Part shown: positions 1 to 12,720 of the stretch, one piece after another
Numbering within the stretch: the stretch's first letter is position 1
Layout: each line of letters opens with the position of its first letter
From: Mobula hypostoma
Lineage: Eukaryota
Direction: 5' to 3'
NCBI RefSeq assembly: GCF_963921235.1
Contig: NC_086097.1
Location: 212,476,001-212,540,000, forward strand
DNA length: 64,000 nucleotides
Translations under genes and position numbers: made by a program
Notes under the pieces: model-generated
The model's database searches: none
Told to the model about the DNA's origin: nothing
The model's input: only the letters and a program-made list of their open reading frames with translations

Positions 1-600
1 TTGTAGGCCGTATCTCGGGTAATGATGACTTTGAGTACAGAGAGGAAATTAAGAACCTGGTGACATGGTGCGAAGACAATAACCTATCCCTCAACGTCAG
101 CAAGATGAAGGAATTGGTTGTTGACTTCAGAAGGAGTAGCGGACCGCACAACCCAACTTACATCGGTGGTGTGCAAGTGGAGCAGGTCAAAAGCTTTAAG
201 TTCCTGGGGGTCAATATCACAAATGACCTGATTTGGTCCAACCAAGCAGAGTTCACTGCCAAGAAGGCCCACCAGCGCCTTTAATTCCTGAGAAAACTGA
301 AGAAATTTGGCCTGTCGCCTAAAACCCTCACTAATTTTTATAGTTGCACCGTAGAAAGCATTCTTATAGCGTGCATCACAACCTGGTATGGAAGTTGTCC
401 TGTCCAAGACCGAAAGAAGCTGCAGAAGATCGTGAACACGGCGCAGCACATCACACAAACCAATCTTCCGTCCATGGACTCACTTTACACTGCACGCTGT
501 CGGAGCAGTGCTGCCAGGATAATCAAGGACATGACCCACCCAGCCAACAGACTTTTTGTCCCTCTTCCCTCCGGGAGAAGGTTCAGGAGCTTGAAGACTT
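1..600 (+). mobile_element. Rex1/Babar-type LINE, ORF2 C-terminal part (decayed)
   Basis: Reads WCEDNNLSLNVSKMKELVVDFRR...VKSFKFLGVNITNDLIWS...KKAHQRL*, then IIKDMTHPANRLFVPLPSGRRFRSL; has an in-frame stop. Confidence 0.85.
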
Positions 601-644
601 GTTCAGGATTAATCAGGTCACGTTATGAACGTTCCTGACTCGAC

Positions 645-796
645 GCTTGTATTTTTTACGAGGCCGAGTGGCTAGCTCCACACTCAACCCAGCATGGATG
701 GAAAGCGTGCTCAGGGATGGGCCTGACCTGGATTCGAACTCGGGAACCTTCACTCTGGAGTCCAGCGCTGATCTCACTGCGTCACCAGCCAGCCGG
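645..796 (-). mobile_element. tRNA-derived SINE
   Basis: Minus strand has an A-box-like TGGTGACGCAGTGAG and a B-box GAGTTCGAATCC; the body resembles the copy at 27181-27383. Confidence 0.7.
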
Positions 797-799
797 ACT

Positions 800-960
800 C
801 CAGAGCGGGATCATTGGCACTAACCTCCCCACCATCAAGGACATCCTCAAAAGGCTATGGCTCAAAAAGATGGCATCCATCATTAAGAACCCACCCCCCC
901 AACCAAAACATGCCCTCTTCTCATTACTACGATCAGAGAGGAGATATGGCTACCTGAAGA
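800..960 (+). mobile_element. Rex1/Babar LINE 3' fragment
   Basis: Reads IIGTNLPTIKDI...KKMASIIKNP...HALFSLLRSERRYGYLKT. Confidence 0.7.
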
Positions 961-978
961 CAGACAGACAGACAGACA

Positions 979-1014
<36 letters not shown>

Positions 1015-1034
1015 CACACACACAAACACACACA
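958..1034. repeat. (GACA)n/(CA)n microsatellite
   Basis: Directly visible tandem repeat. Confidence 0.95.
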
Positions 1035-2789
1035 AAATAAGTTCACTGGCAGCACAAGACACAATCAAGGTATGAAAACCTACGGGATTAATGCTATTGT
1101 GCTCAGATAATGCAAGCAGAAAGTAAAAGTTTCAGCTTCAGACTCTATGGTTACCACTAAGACTAATTCAATTATTAAAACAAAATAAACCATTGATCAA
1201 CAATGAAAGAGATCAGGTTACATACTTCACACAACTGGGCCACTGATTCAATTAATTCAATTACTCAACCAACCAGTGTTGCATGGCAGGGCTCGGAGAA
1301 AAAATAATCTGCAGCACTGCTTGCCAATGGAAAGTTTAGGGAAGCATAACAATTTTAACATGGGGATAAACTATAGAACAGTGCTTACTGATTTTAGACC
1401 ATTCTTGGATAGGCTGGTTTGTTGCGGTTCATTTACTTTCATCTCAAAGTAGCTAAATTTCCTGCTTTCCTCTAAACCAATTTACTTTTCCTAGCTTTCT
1501 CTGTATATTCTTTTAAGTTCCTTTCTTTAAGTAACTAACCAAAGCCCTTCTGTATGCTGCTATTGATTTGATATCAGTCATCAGTTGAGGCAAAATATTC
1601 CATGTTCAATAACAAAGTTTCTTTTTATCTTGTTTTGTGAACTAGTGGCTATCTTGTTAACAGGACTTCATTCCATTTATCCATCAGTAAAAGTACCTCT
1701 TTTTCATCTGTCTGTTCTCTTTAATCACCTTGAACAGCTCAAAATGAATCTTTTGTCTATTCAAGACAATACCAGTCCATGTCACCCTGGCCTTTGCTCA
1801 CAAATCATTGCTGTCAAATCCAGCCTCATTCTTGTAAATCCATGTTGTTCTTTCTCCTGGATTGGATCAGTTAAACTGGCCACAGTAGGAGAGAAATTTT
1901 CTTACACTCCCCGCTACTGTTGGTGGTTTTCTTTGGTGAATAATGGTACACATCTACAATTTTTCACCCATCATAGTCAATGGAAGGAATATTTCAGCCT
2001 GAACACATCAAGTTTTCAAGCAAGTTGCCTGCTGTGTACAGGCCCCACATACCATGAGTTATTATACAAAATTTTGGTTAAAGAATAACAGCTAGCAGAA
2101 TATTTATACTACAATGTAGGATGTCATATATATGTATTAACACTGTCATTCATGTGACAGCTTATGTAAAAGCACAAGAGAAATATCCTCAGTGTATTCA
2201 ATCAACAAAGAAATTACAAAATATAAATTCACATGGCAATTTAAAACCTTTGTAGTAATTTTTTTAAGATATACATTTCTATAGTTCTTCAGCTATAATA
2301 AAGCATCTTAAAATTGAAGTGAAGCATTTGTTGAGACGATTTTTTGGTCCTACCTAATCTCATTACCTCAAGTGTGTATCCTGATCCTACAGAACTTGCT
2401 TCCTTCCTAAAATCCACATTGGGCTGTCTCCTAGACACTTTGGCTGTGGAGTTGGGTTTCGTGGTGCTTTTCCTTTCTGGCGTTACAGAAACCAATTTCC
2501 TAAACCTTTTAACAGGAGTTTTAAATCAGATTTGTACTACCTCACAAACTTAATTGCAAAGTACCACAAAGATTTTCTGCTCCTGCCGTAAGTTCTCTCA
2601 ATAGACAATGACAGTCAATTGTGCAATGCCTACCTTTCCAAATTGGGTTGCATTCATCTGGCCAAAGCACAGTGTCAATCAAATGCAGGAAACCTGGTTA
2701 AATTGAATTTAGAGCAGGAAGAATTCCACTGCTATTCCCCATCCACCACTGCTCCCACAGTCTATGCTTTACTGGATTTCTTTATTAGC

Positions 2790-3240
2790 TGAGTATCCAG
2801 ACACCAGGTGTCATTATGTGCAAGGTTCTCTTTGTCCTTGGTGTTGTGAAGTATGTGTCTTGCCTCACTGCCACAGAATGTTCCATTCAGTTGGACCTTG
2901 CCACACCATCTTTCATTTGTGGAAAAGTTCTTTTAGAAAAATACCTTTGACCGCAAGTCCATCAGGCAGCTGTCAACATGGAACATCCCGCAAGCACAGT
3001 GAGGACACAATGGATCTTGTGTGATTGTTCCCTGAAAAGACTGCCAAAATGATTTGGCAGAATGCATCTTTGCCAGAACTCACCACAAGCATCGAGACCT
3101 CACTTGAAAGGGGACCTCCCCATCAGGTTGCAATTTTGTCTGCCTGAAACCTGTTGGTCTTTCAGTATAATGAGATGTCGATAATAGAATGCTGGTGAGT
3201 GATGCATGAAAGCTTGATGCAGCCAATGCAATGTCTTTGC
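2790..3240 (+). mobile_element. L1/Tx1-clade LINE ORF2 C-terminal fragment (decayed)
   Basis: Frameshifted reading TRCHYV..F.LSLVL*SMCLASLPQNVPFSWTLPHHLSFVEKF..KNTFDRKSIRQ...IWQNASLPEL, matching recalled Tx1-like elements. Confidence 0.6.
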
Positions 3241-5859
3241 AGGGAAGGTCTACAGTTACACAGTGAGGGTCTGGGTCCTGTGTAAAAGCCTCTCAAACAT
3301 TTGAACTTCTGTATTACTCAAAGGCAGCCCATGTGGGTGGCAAGGATGCTTTGTTCACATCTTTAGGAGAGGTGATTCTTGAATCAGCACTATTTCACCT
3401 CTGCTCAGGCAGAGAGCTCCTAAAGACAAAAGCTATTCTGATAAACTGCAGGATTGGTACTGCCTGGACACTCCAATCACAATAATGAGGTGAGAACGTG
3501 AAATAAACTGGGTCAAAGTGTTATGGATCACTCACAGATAGCAATTCCCTTGCATCAATTTCAGCATGAGTAATTTTTCAATTGGCTCTTGCACCACCAA
3601 ATTGATAGACTTTCTCATTAAAAATTAAGCAAAGAAAAAAATCCAACTGCAGCGGGTAGATGTTTACTAAGAAATGTCAGCGTATTATAACTGATTCTCA
3701 AGAATGGAAATTAAATCAAATAATAACTATTACGGAAAGATAGTTTTATAAGTCAGCTTATATCATTTATGCAACCTTATTGGGTATATACAAATCTTAG
3801 CTACAGATATTTTTGTATCATAAATAAAAGATTTCTACATCCAAGAAGGAAATAATAATACATTTTACTGAGCTAATCACAAACTATAATAAATTTGAAA
3901 TTGAATTTTAGCTATTTTTGTTTGCACAATTAGATTCAGTTGAAGACTGATGCAGAATATCTTCAGAATTTCTGGACTACTTAAACTGAATATGTATGAA
4001 GTATATGCTAGTCACTGGATCATAATGGTAAAATTCAATACATTTCTCTTTCCAAAGACAGTCTTATAAAATAACAAGACAAACAAGTTACACATTGCTG
4101 CAGTTCTCAAGACACTATGATATAAATGATACACAACATTTAATATGACAGCTGCCTCATTAGTGTATAGTTGGAACTTGAAAATAGAGTACAGTTGCTA
4201 AAGCTCGCTCTGCACTGAAGCATTGTAGAAGATGGTCCTTAGTATAAAATAGAGTAACAGGAATATTCTTTGAAATGATGTGCTCAGCTACTATAAAAAT
4301 CTTGTTTTGAAATACTAATCATAAGAAACCTTCAAACTGCAGTCCATAACTGTAACCATCATTACTGAAAGTGAGATCTGTCCATACTTTTTATAAAAGT
4401 ATAAAATAAAATCCACAAGGCGATATTTTGCTTGCCCCTTCCTTAGAGAAATAAGTAATAATTCTATGATTAAAAGCAGATACTTATTTTTCTAACTGTT
4501 CCAAGTAATTGCAAAATAGAAAATGTAACAAACTTAAGTGTAATATAAGTTGATTTATTGAGAGAAGGATTAATCGCCAGTTTTCACCTCAGACTTCCAG
4601 TTTGTTAGTCACATTTAATTTCCTGTAGAAATCACTTGGCTTCTCACTGCCATACTCGAGGCACAGAGAACATTTTTGTTTCACTTGTAATGAAGACCCC
4701 TGGGACAGTGTACAGTAATCACTTTGCTAAATTGTGGACTTGTTTCAGTAACTAGTACAGGCTTGTTGAGACGTCAGCCTGCATTATACTAACTTGATTA
4801 ATCGAAACCTGTCAGCTCTGTCATCCATAAGGTGAAAGATCATTAGGTTAAGCAGATTTAATTGGCTAGTTTGCTGCAGATTGAGATAAGGTAATAATAA
4901 TTTGCTTCATTCAACGCAAGGAATTGACTTAAAACTGCATTTAGACACATTTTTCCTCGATCTTAAATGTATTCAAAACAAAGCTATCTTGTTTTCTTTG
5001 TTTGAAAAAGTAGGTATAGAACAATTTATAATGCAAGTCCTCTTGAGAATACATTTTCTGAAAACTAAGGATAAAAATTCGGAATTAAACAGGCACCAAT
5101 TGGGAAGAGGGTGGGGACACTGGTAAAGACGGCACAAATCCATACAACTGGATATTTTTACTTGGATGGCAACTATAATTTTGTAACAGGTCTTTGGGGC
5201 TGGTTAAAGATAGGATCATTGAAAAGGAACCATAGCTTAATTTTAAATCAGAATACATTCTAATAAAGCAGCATATTTTTCTATCTGACATGAATTCTTC
5301 AAAAGGTACATTCTTTGTGAGTCTGGACTGGGTAAGTGTTTTAAACATGGACTGATTCTTTTCAATTTACAAAGTTATAGCATGGCTTTACTCCTGAACT
5401 TTAAGGTTTTTCACAGAGATCAAATCTGTGGCATTTTAAAAATAAACTAGCCTATTTTTATTCTTTCTCAGAATATAGGGATGTTTGGAAGGATGTGCAT
5501 TTATTTCTTATCCCTCTGTCTTCAGGAAAGTGGTGTGGAGCAATTATGCCATCCGGATTGTGAATGAATCTCAGAACCCTGGTACATAAGGAGGTGCAGG
5601 GTTTCAGTCTTTATTAGCCTTGTGAAACTGCGAGTCATGATCAGCATGCAAGAGTTTACAGAGAGGCTGAGTGAGCTGGAAAGAAAATGACAGGTGGAGA
5701 GTAATATGGGAAATCTGAGGTTATGCAGTTTGGCAGCAATAAAATAGAAAAGCAGAATTTCTTTTTCATATTAGAAACTGGTTTAGGATGGTGTGTGGAG
5801 CTTTGACAGATTTGTCAGAACTGCCCAGGATGTTGCTAGATGGTGGGGAGGCCAGTCTT

Positions 5860-6500
5860 CATTGAGGTGTCAACAGCTTCATTTCCAGGGGTGTGAGCAT
5901 TGCAGAGGATTTATCCTGGGCCCAACATATTGATGCAATCATGCAGAAGGCATGCCAGTGGCTAAACTCATTAGGAGTTTGAGGAGATTTGATATGTCGC
6001 CAAAGGCTAGCAAATTTCAACAGAAGTATCATGGAGAGCATTTCGAGTGGTTGCATCACCACTTGCTATGGAGATTCCAATGCAGAGGCTTGTAAGAGGC
6101 TGAAGAGGGTTATACCCTCAGCCAGCTCCATCATGGGCACTAGCTTCCCTATCATCAATGACATCTTCAAAAGGCAATGCTTCAAGAAGGCAGCTTCCAT
6201 CACTTGGGACCTTCGTCCTCTAGGAGATGCCCTCTCCTTATTACTGCAATCAGGGAGGAGGTACAGGAGCCTGAAGACACACATACCCAGAGCCCAGCCC
6301 ATAGATGCAATTAATTTCTCAACTTTCTTAAGGAAGTTTGGCTTGTCACCAAAAACGGCAACAAACTTCTGCAGATGTCCTTTTGAAAGTGCCCTAACTG
6401 GTTGCATCATGAGTTGGGTTGGCAATTTAGTAGTACAGGAACTTAAGAGACTGCAGAGTATAATGGAATCTTTCAATATATCATGACGCATCCTTCTCGA
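5860..6500 (+). mobile_element. Two adjacent Rex1/Babar LINE fragments
   Basis: NFNRSIMESISSGCITTCYG...QSGRRYRSLKTH, then FLRKFGLSPKTATNFCRCPFESALTGCIMSWVG. Confidence 0.8.
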
Positions 6501-6504
6501 CCAT

Positions 6505-7215
6505 TGGTAGTACAGGTAGTGCAGCACCCATTTTCCAAAATGTTTGGGGCAGTAAGTGTTTTGGATTTCATATTTTTCCAGATTTTGGAATATTTGCATC
6601 TATATAATGAAATATCTTGGGCATGGGACTCAAAAACACAAAATCCATTTACATTACTTATACAGCTTATACATATTTACTGAAGGTAGTTTTATATAAT
6701 ATTTTTAATTACTTTGTGCATGAAACAACAACCTGTGCATTGAACCATTGGAAAGATAAGCTCGGCCACACAGGCGGAAAATCTCTGGCTGTTTGGTATT
6801 GCTGTCATTCCCAACTCTAAATTTATGTGCTATTGGTAAGCAGTGTTTGTCTTTTATTTGTTCACCACACAAATGTACGGATGCAGCCACTCAGCTTGTT
6901 AGATTTTCATCAGCGTCGATCCTGGCAAACTCATTAATGAATTTCTCTGCTGCTTCGTGATCAGCAGACACTTTGTTACCACAAATCTTTGAAAAGTTAA
7001 TGCCACGCCTTTTCTTAAATTTCTGCAACCAGCCTGCTGAATATTCACAATTACCTTCAATTTTCAGTTCTTTGTGATAGAACTTTCCCTGTTTCATGAT
7101 CAGCGTACCATTAAGTGGCATATGTTCACTCTGATGCTGACGAATCTAACTTTTTCAATACACGACTGAGATCTTCCTTTTCAGTTTATGCAGTGTTTTT
7201 CTATCTTTCATTAAC
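6505..7215 (-). mobile_element. Tigger/pogo DNA transposon fragment (Tigger4/MER46-like end) with CENP-B-type HTH transposase remnant
   Basis: End resembles the recalled MER46 terminus (ccaaaatgtttggggcagtaagtgttttggatttc...gattttggaatatttgca). ORF 6891-7121 reads PLNGTLIMKQ...EYSAGWLQKFKKRRGI..KICGNKVSAD. Confidence 0.8.
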
Positions 7216-7439
7216 TTCTGTTCATTACTTTTGTGAGGTTGCTTCGCAGAACTGTCTGTGGTGGTGGACATCTGCGCATTGTCCGGAAATCTACCAAGCG
7301 CCTAGTGGAATTTTCCATCTGTAACATCATGCCAGCGCTCAAAAGGAATTTCGGGGAAGGAGTGCTCAACCCTGTACCACAGGAGGGTTGCCTCAAAAAG
7401 ACAACATCCATCTGAAAGATCTCCACCATCCGGAGGTTG

Positions 7440-7730
7440 GGTGGGACTACAGCCAGAGGTCATAGGTTAAAGGTGAAAGGTTTAAGGGGATCATGAGGGA
7501 AACTTCTTCACTCAGAGGGTAGTGAGAGTGTGGAATGTGCTGCCAGCACAAGTGGTGCATGCAAGCTCAATTTCAACATTTAAGAGAAGTTTGGATAGGT
7601 ACATGGATGGGAGTGGTATGACGAGCTAAGGACCCAGTGCAGGTCAATGGGAGTAGGCAGGTTAAATGGTTCAGCATGGATTAGATGGGCCAAAGAGCCT
7701 GCTTCTGTGCTGTACTTTTTTACGACTCTA
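7440..7730 (+). mobile_element. CR1-type LINE 3' end
   Basis: Contains aacttcttcactcagagggtagtgagagtgtggaat...tttaagagaagtttggatagg...gggccaaagagcctgcttctgtgctgtac, a typical CR1 3' region. Confidence 0.75.
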
Positions 7731-8033
7731 AGTAAGCTTTTCATTTCAGCTAACATACATGCTCTTGTACATATAACAATAAACTTGACAATAGACAATA
7801 AAGTTAAGTACCAATCTACCCAAGTAGAAACAGATGTATTCCCTTTTGAATTCAGGGGCACTCTGCAAAATGGATATGTAACTAATGTCTTCTGCAGTGA
7901 TTTGGAAATACCAAAGGCAAAGAAATTGAACTCACTATGAACTCACTATCACACAGTTCTTCAGGCACTGTACAATGGTGGGCATATCATAAAGAGTTTG
8001 AATCTCCTAACGGCCTCTGCCCCTTCCCTCTAC

Positions 8034-8069
8034 AGTCCTGACGAAGGGTTCCGGCCCGAAACGTTGACC
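8034..8069 (+). ncRNA. Minimal type I hammerhead ribozyme motif in a Penelope terminal-repeat fragment (about 8010-8160)
   Basis: GUC-CUGACGA-A-GGGUUCCGGCCC-GAAAC-GUU-GAC: intact CUGANGA and GAAA boxes, 4-bp stem II, stem I GUC/GAC. Confidence 0.7.
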
Positions 8070-8509
8070 GATCTTTTCCACGGATGCTGCGCAACCTGCT
8101 GAGTTCCTCCAGCGTGTTGTGAGTGTTGCTTTGACCCCAGCATCTGCAGATTATTTTGTGAATAAGACAGTGCTAGATCTTTGTAGCTTATATAACAATG
8201 CAGCTTACAAATCCATGTTGTGTGAAGTCTGACAATACTATCTGCTCCACTTTGCAAACTTGCAGTGTATCATACTACCAAATGTTCAGAGTAGTGTCAT
8301 TTAAACAAAACAATTGAAATTGAAAGCAAATGAGCCATGTGTCACTAAACAAAGGCATTTTGTTTAGTTCCAGAATGTTTAAATTGCTGTAATTTTTTCT
8401 TCTGTTTATTATCATTAGCTCAATCTGTATTTAGAATTAGACACAATAATGCAGCACAACTGCATTTTTTGGCAAAATCACACACGTAGATATGCTGTTA
8501 ACATAATTA

Positions 8510-8915
8510 ATCTCTTCTCACTGCTCCCAATGGGAAGGAGGTACAGGAACCTTAGATACTCTGCCACCAGGTTCAGGAAAGGACAATTATTGCCCTTCAA
8601 CCATGAGGCTCCTGAACTATAGTGGATAACTTCACTCACAACAACTCTGAACTGATTCCACCTATAGGCTCACTTTCAAGGACTCTACAACTCATGGTCA
8701 CAGTACTAATATTCTCTTACTTTTTTTATATTTGCACAATTAGTCTTCTTTTGCAAGTTGGTTGTTTGTCAGCCTTTGGTTCTGTGTAGTTTTTCATTGA
8801 TTCTATTGTATTACATTGTTCTACTGTGTATGTCTGCAAGAAAATGAATCTTAAAATAGTATATATGGTAATATATATATGTACTTTGATAATAAAATTA
8901 CTTTGAACTTTAAAC
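8510..8915 (+). mobile_element. Rex1/Babar LINE 3' end with 3' UTR
   Basis: Starts ttctcactgctcccaatgggaaggaggtacagg and ends aataaaattactttgaactttaaac, the same tail as the copy at 56900-57200. Confidence 0.7.
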
Positions 8916-9212
8916 ATTTAAAATTAACTAACATGAGTAAATATGTTAAAGAATCATCTCTCCACAGTTGTAATATTAGTAATTATAAGTGAAAAATCCC
9001 TAGCTCCCAATTTTTAGAAATGAGTCAAAGTCAAAATCAGAATCAGATTTAATATCACTGGTATGTTGTGAAATTTGTTATTTTGTGGCAGCAGTACATT
9101 GCAATACACAATGATATAAAACTATCAGTTACAACAAGGTATATATATATAAATTAAATAAGTAGTGAAAAAAGAGCAAGAGAAAAGAAAAATAAAATAT
9201 TAAGCTAATATA

Positions 9213-12200
9213 AGCAACACACATCAAAGTTGCTGGTGAACGCAGCAGGCCAGGCAGCATCTCTAGGAAGAGGTACAGTCGATGTTTCAGGCCGAGACCC
9301 TTCATCAGGACTAACTGAAGGAAGAGCTAGTAAGAGATTTGAAAGTGGGGGGGGGAGGGGGAGATCCAAAATGATAGGAGAAGACAGGAGGGGGAGAGAT
9401 GGAGCCAAGAGCTGGACAGGTGATTGGCAAAAGGGATATGAGAGGATCATGGGACAGGAGGTCCGGGGAGAAAGACAAGGGGTGGGGGAAACCAGAGGAT
9501 GGGCAAGGGGTATAGTCAGAGGGACAGAGGGAGAAAAGGAGAGTGTGAGAAAGAATGTGTGTATAAAAATAAATAACGGATGGGGTACGAGGGGGAGGTG
9601 GGGCATTAGCGGAAGTTAGAGAAGTCAATGTTCATGCCACCAGGTTGGAGGCTACCCAGACGGAATATAAGGTGTTGTTCCTCCAACCTGAGTGTGGCTT
9701 CATCTTTACAGTAGAGGAGGCCGTGGATAGACATGTCAGAATGGGAATGGGATGTGGAATTAAAATGTGTGGCCACTGGGAGATCCTGCTTTCTCTGGCG
9801 GACAGAGCGTAGGTGTTCAGCAAAGTGGTCTCCCAGTCTGTGTCGGGTCTCTCCAATATATAGAAGGCCACATCGGGAGCACCGGACGCAGTATATCACC
9901 CCAGCTGACTCACAGGTGAAGTGTCGCCTCACCTGGAAGGACTGTCTGGGGCCCTGAATGGTGGTAAGGGAGGAAGTGTAAGGGCATGTGTAGCACTTGT
10001 TCCACTTACAAGGATAAGTGCCAGGAGGGAGATCAGTGTGGAGGGATGGGGGGGACGAATGGACAAGGGAGTCGCGTAGGGAGCGATCCCTGCGAAAAGC
10101 AGAGGGGAGGGGAGGGAAAGATGTGCTTACTGGTGGGATTCCGTTGGAGGTGGCAGAAGTTACGGAGAATAATATGTTGGACCCGGAGGCTGGTGGGGTG
10201 GTAGGTGAGGACCAGGGGAACCCTATTCCTAGTTGGGTGGCGGGAGGATGGAGTGAGCTCAGATGTGCGTGAAATGGGGGAGATGCGTTTGAGAGCAGAG
10301 TTGATAGTGGAGAAAGGGAAGTCCCTTTCTTTAAAAAAGGAGGACATCTCCCTCGTCCTGGAATGAAAAGCCTCATCCTGAGAGCAGATGCGGCGGAGAC
10401 GGAGGAATTGCGAGAAGGGGATGGCATTTTTGCAAGAGACAGGGTGAGAAGAGGAATAGTCCAGATAGCTGTGAGAGTTAGTAGGCTTATAGTAGACATC
10501 AGTGGATAAGCTGTCTCCAGAGACAGAGACAGAAAGATCTAGAAAGGGGAGGGCCGTGTCGGAAATGGACCAGGTAAACTTGAGGGCAGGGTGAAAGTTG
10601 GAGGCAAAGTTAATAAAATCAACGAGCTCAGCATGCGTGCAGGAAGCAGCGCCAATGCAGTCGTCGATGTAGCGAAGGAAAAGTGGGGGACAGATACCAG
10701 AATAGGCATGGAACATAGATTGTTGCATAAACCCAACAAAAAGGCAGGCATAGCTAGGACCCATACGGGTGCCCATAGCTACACCTTTAGTCTGGAGGAA
10801 GTGGGAGGAGCCAAAGGAGAAATTATTAAGAGTAAGGACTAATTCCGCTAGACGGAGCAGAGTGGTGGTAGAGGGGAACTGAGTAGGTCTGGAATCCAAA
10901 AAGAAGCAGAGAGCTTTGAGACCTTCCTGATGGATGGAAGTATATAGGGACTGGACATCCATGGTGAAAATAAAGCAGTGGGGGCCAGGGAACTCAAAAT
11001 CATCAAAAAGTTTAAGAGCGTGAGAAGTGTCACGAACATAGGTAGGAAGGGATTGAACAAGGGGAGATAAAACCGTGTCGAGGTATGCAGAAACGAGTTC
11101 GGTGGGGCAGGAGCAAGCTGAGACAATAGTTTGGAGGACAGGCAGGTTTGTGGATCTTGGGTAGGAGGTAGAAACGGGAAGTGCGGGGTGTGGGAACTAT
11201 AAGGTTGGTAGCAGTGGATGGGAGATCCCCTGAGCGGATAAAGTCGGTGATGGTGTGGTAGAGAATAGCCTGGTGCTCCTTAGTGGGGTCACGATCGAGG
11301 GGTAAATAAGAGGAGGTATCCGCGAGTTGTCGCTGTGCCTCGGCAAGGTAGAGGTCAGTATGCCAGACTACAACAGCACCCCCCTTATCGGTGGGTTTAA
11401 TAGTAAGGTTAGGATTAGTGCGGAGGGAGTGGAGAGCAGAGCGTTCCGAAGGAGTGAGGTTGGAATGGGGACAAGGTGCAGTGAAGTCGAGACGGTTGAT
11501 GTCCCGTCGGCAGTTAGCGATAAAGAGATCCAGAGTAGGCAGAAGACCAGAGCGGGGTGTCCATGAAGAAGAGGAGGGTTGAAGACGGGAGAAGGGGTCA
11601 TCGGTGGGGGTGGAAGAGTCTTTGCTGAAGAAGTAGGCTCGGAGACGGAGACAGCGGAAGAAAAGTTCCGCATCACGGCGAACACGGAACTCGCTGAGGT
11701 GTGGGCGAAGGGGGACAAAGGTGAGGCCCTTACTGAGGACAGAGCGTTCTGCCTCCGACAGTTGAAGGTCAGAGGGGATGGTAAAAACCCGGCACGGATG
11801 AGAGCTGGGATCGGGGTGGGGGGGAGGCTGGGGGTGTCAGTGGAGAGGGGAGGGTTGGGGTGAGAGGAAGAAGGAGCCTCTGAGGGCCCAGGAGCTGATG
11901 GTGGGATCTCAGGGAGATGGGGTTGCAGAGTGGTGGTGGGGGAAGGGAAGTTGGGAGTCACAATGGCAGTACATAAAGACCCGGCCTGGAGTTCAGGGCT
12001 GGAGTCGCAGTTGGTGGTTGTGCAATCGCTTTGAAGGTGTCCATGGTCATTGCTGGAGTCCGGGTTTTGAATATGCCCTGAGGTGTTGGAGCCAGTGAGA
12101 TCAATGGCAGGAGCCGCAATCTGAAGTTCATGCCTGCTAGTTTCAGGGCCAGCAGGCTTTGGAGTCCGTAGATGTAGGATCTTGCGATCTTTGCCTAACA

Positions 12201-12720
12201 TGACAAAGTCAAAAAAACGACGATTGCAGGCGTGAATCCGACGGAGGATGAAATAACGGATAGGACCATTACAGACGGCGAAGAAAGTGTCTCGAAGGTG
12301 TGGAAGGGTCTGGGATAGGTACAGCAAGTACCTCCTCATGGCGGAGAGAGTCGCCTTCAGAGCTTGACGGGAGAAGCGGCGAGAGGCAGAGTCAATAAAA
12401 TGTGAGTACCTGGAATCCTCAGAGGGTCCAAATTGAGAGGCTCGGAAACGAATCCTAAAGCCAACTGGAGTAAGTTGGCGACGGAGGCATGTTCCAAGAA
12501 AGGAAATATGGCTATGATAGCGAGTCTGACTCAAAGTGTGGTCAAAAAGTTGAAGAGCCGAAGAAATTACAAATGGGGAGCAGTGAGAGATGGTTTCACT
12601 GAACTCCCGTCGAAGAGAGGATCTAAACTTCTTCAGTGTAGGCATCACCGGAAGAGGCTTCGTAGTAGTGAATTTTAAAAACGCCAACAACAGGAATACT
12701 GCAGATGCTGTTGTTGCTTG
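9213..12720 (-). mobile_element. Near-full-length Penelope-like retroelement, Neptune type (RT + Cys linker + GIY-YIG endonuclease), frameshifted
   Basis: RT motifs MDVQSLYTSI, GVAMGTRMGPSYACLF, RYIDDC, LPFLDL, DVYYKPT; linker CKWNKCYTC; GIY-YIG GVIYCVRCSRCGLLYIGETRHRL..F.EH...E..LI..L....P.GMN. The 17-bp TSD aatattaagctaatata is at 9196-9212 and 12721-12737. Confidence 0.93.
9277..9312 (-). ncRNA. Hammerhead ribozyme motif in the 3' terminal repeat of the Neptune element (CpG-decayed)
   Basis: AGUC-CUGAUGA-A-GGGUCUCGGCCU-GAAAC-AUC-GACU. Confidence 0.65.

Noticed and set aside
1585..2088. 167-aa plus-strand ORF
   Set aside because: No recognisable domain and a non-ATG start; it overlaps what looks like a decayed antisense CR1 fragment.
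2289..2553. Overlapping short ORFs as a candidate TOX exon 3
   Set aside because: No match to the expected SEDFNIPPITPP or MDLPEITVSNM motifs on the minus strand.
9205..9628. PDEGSRPETST-type peptides recurring in several ORFs
   Set aside because: These are translations of the non-coding hammerhead/terminal repeat, not a protein family.
11368..12690. 440-aa ORF as a standalone gene
   Set aside because: It is the N-terminus of the Penelope ORF and runs out of the true frame after about 11820.
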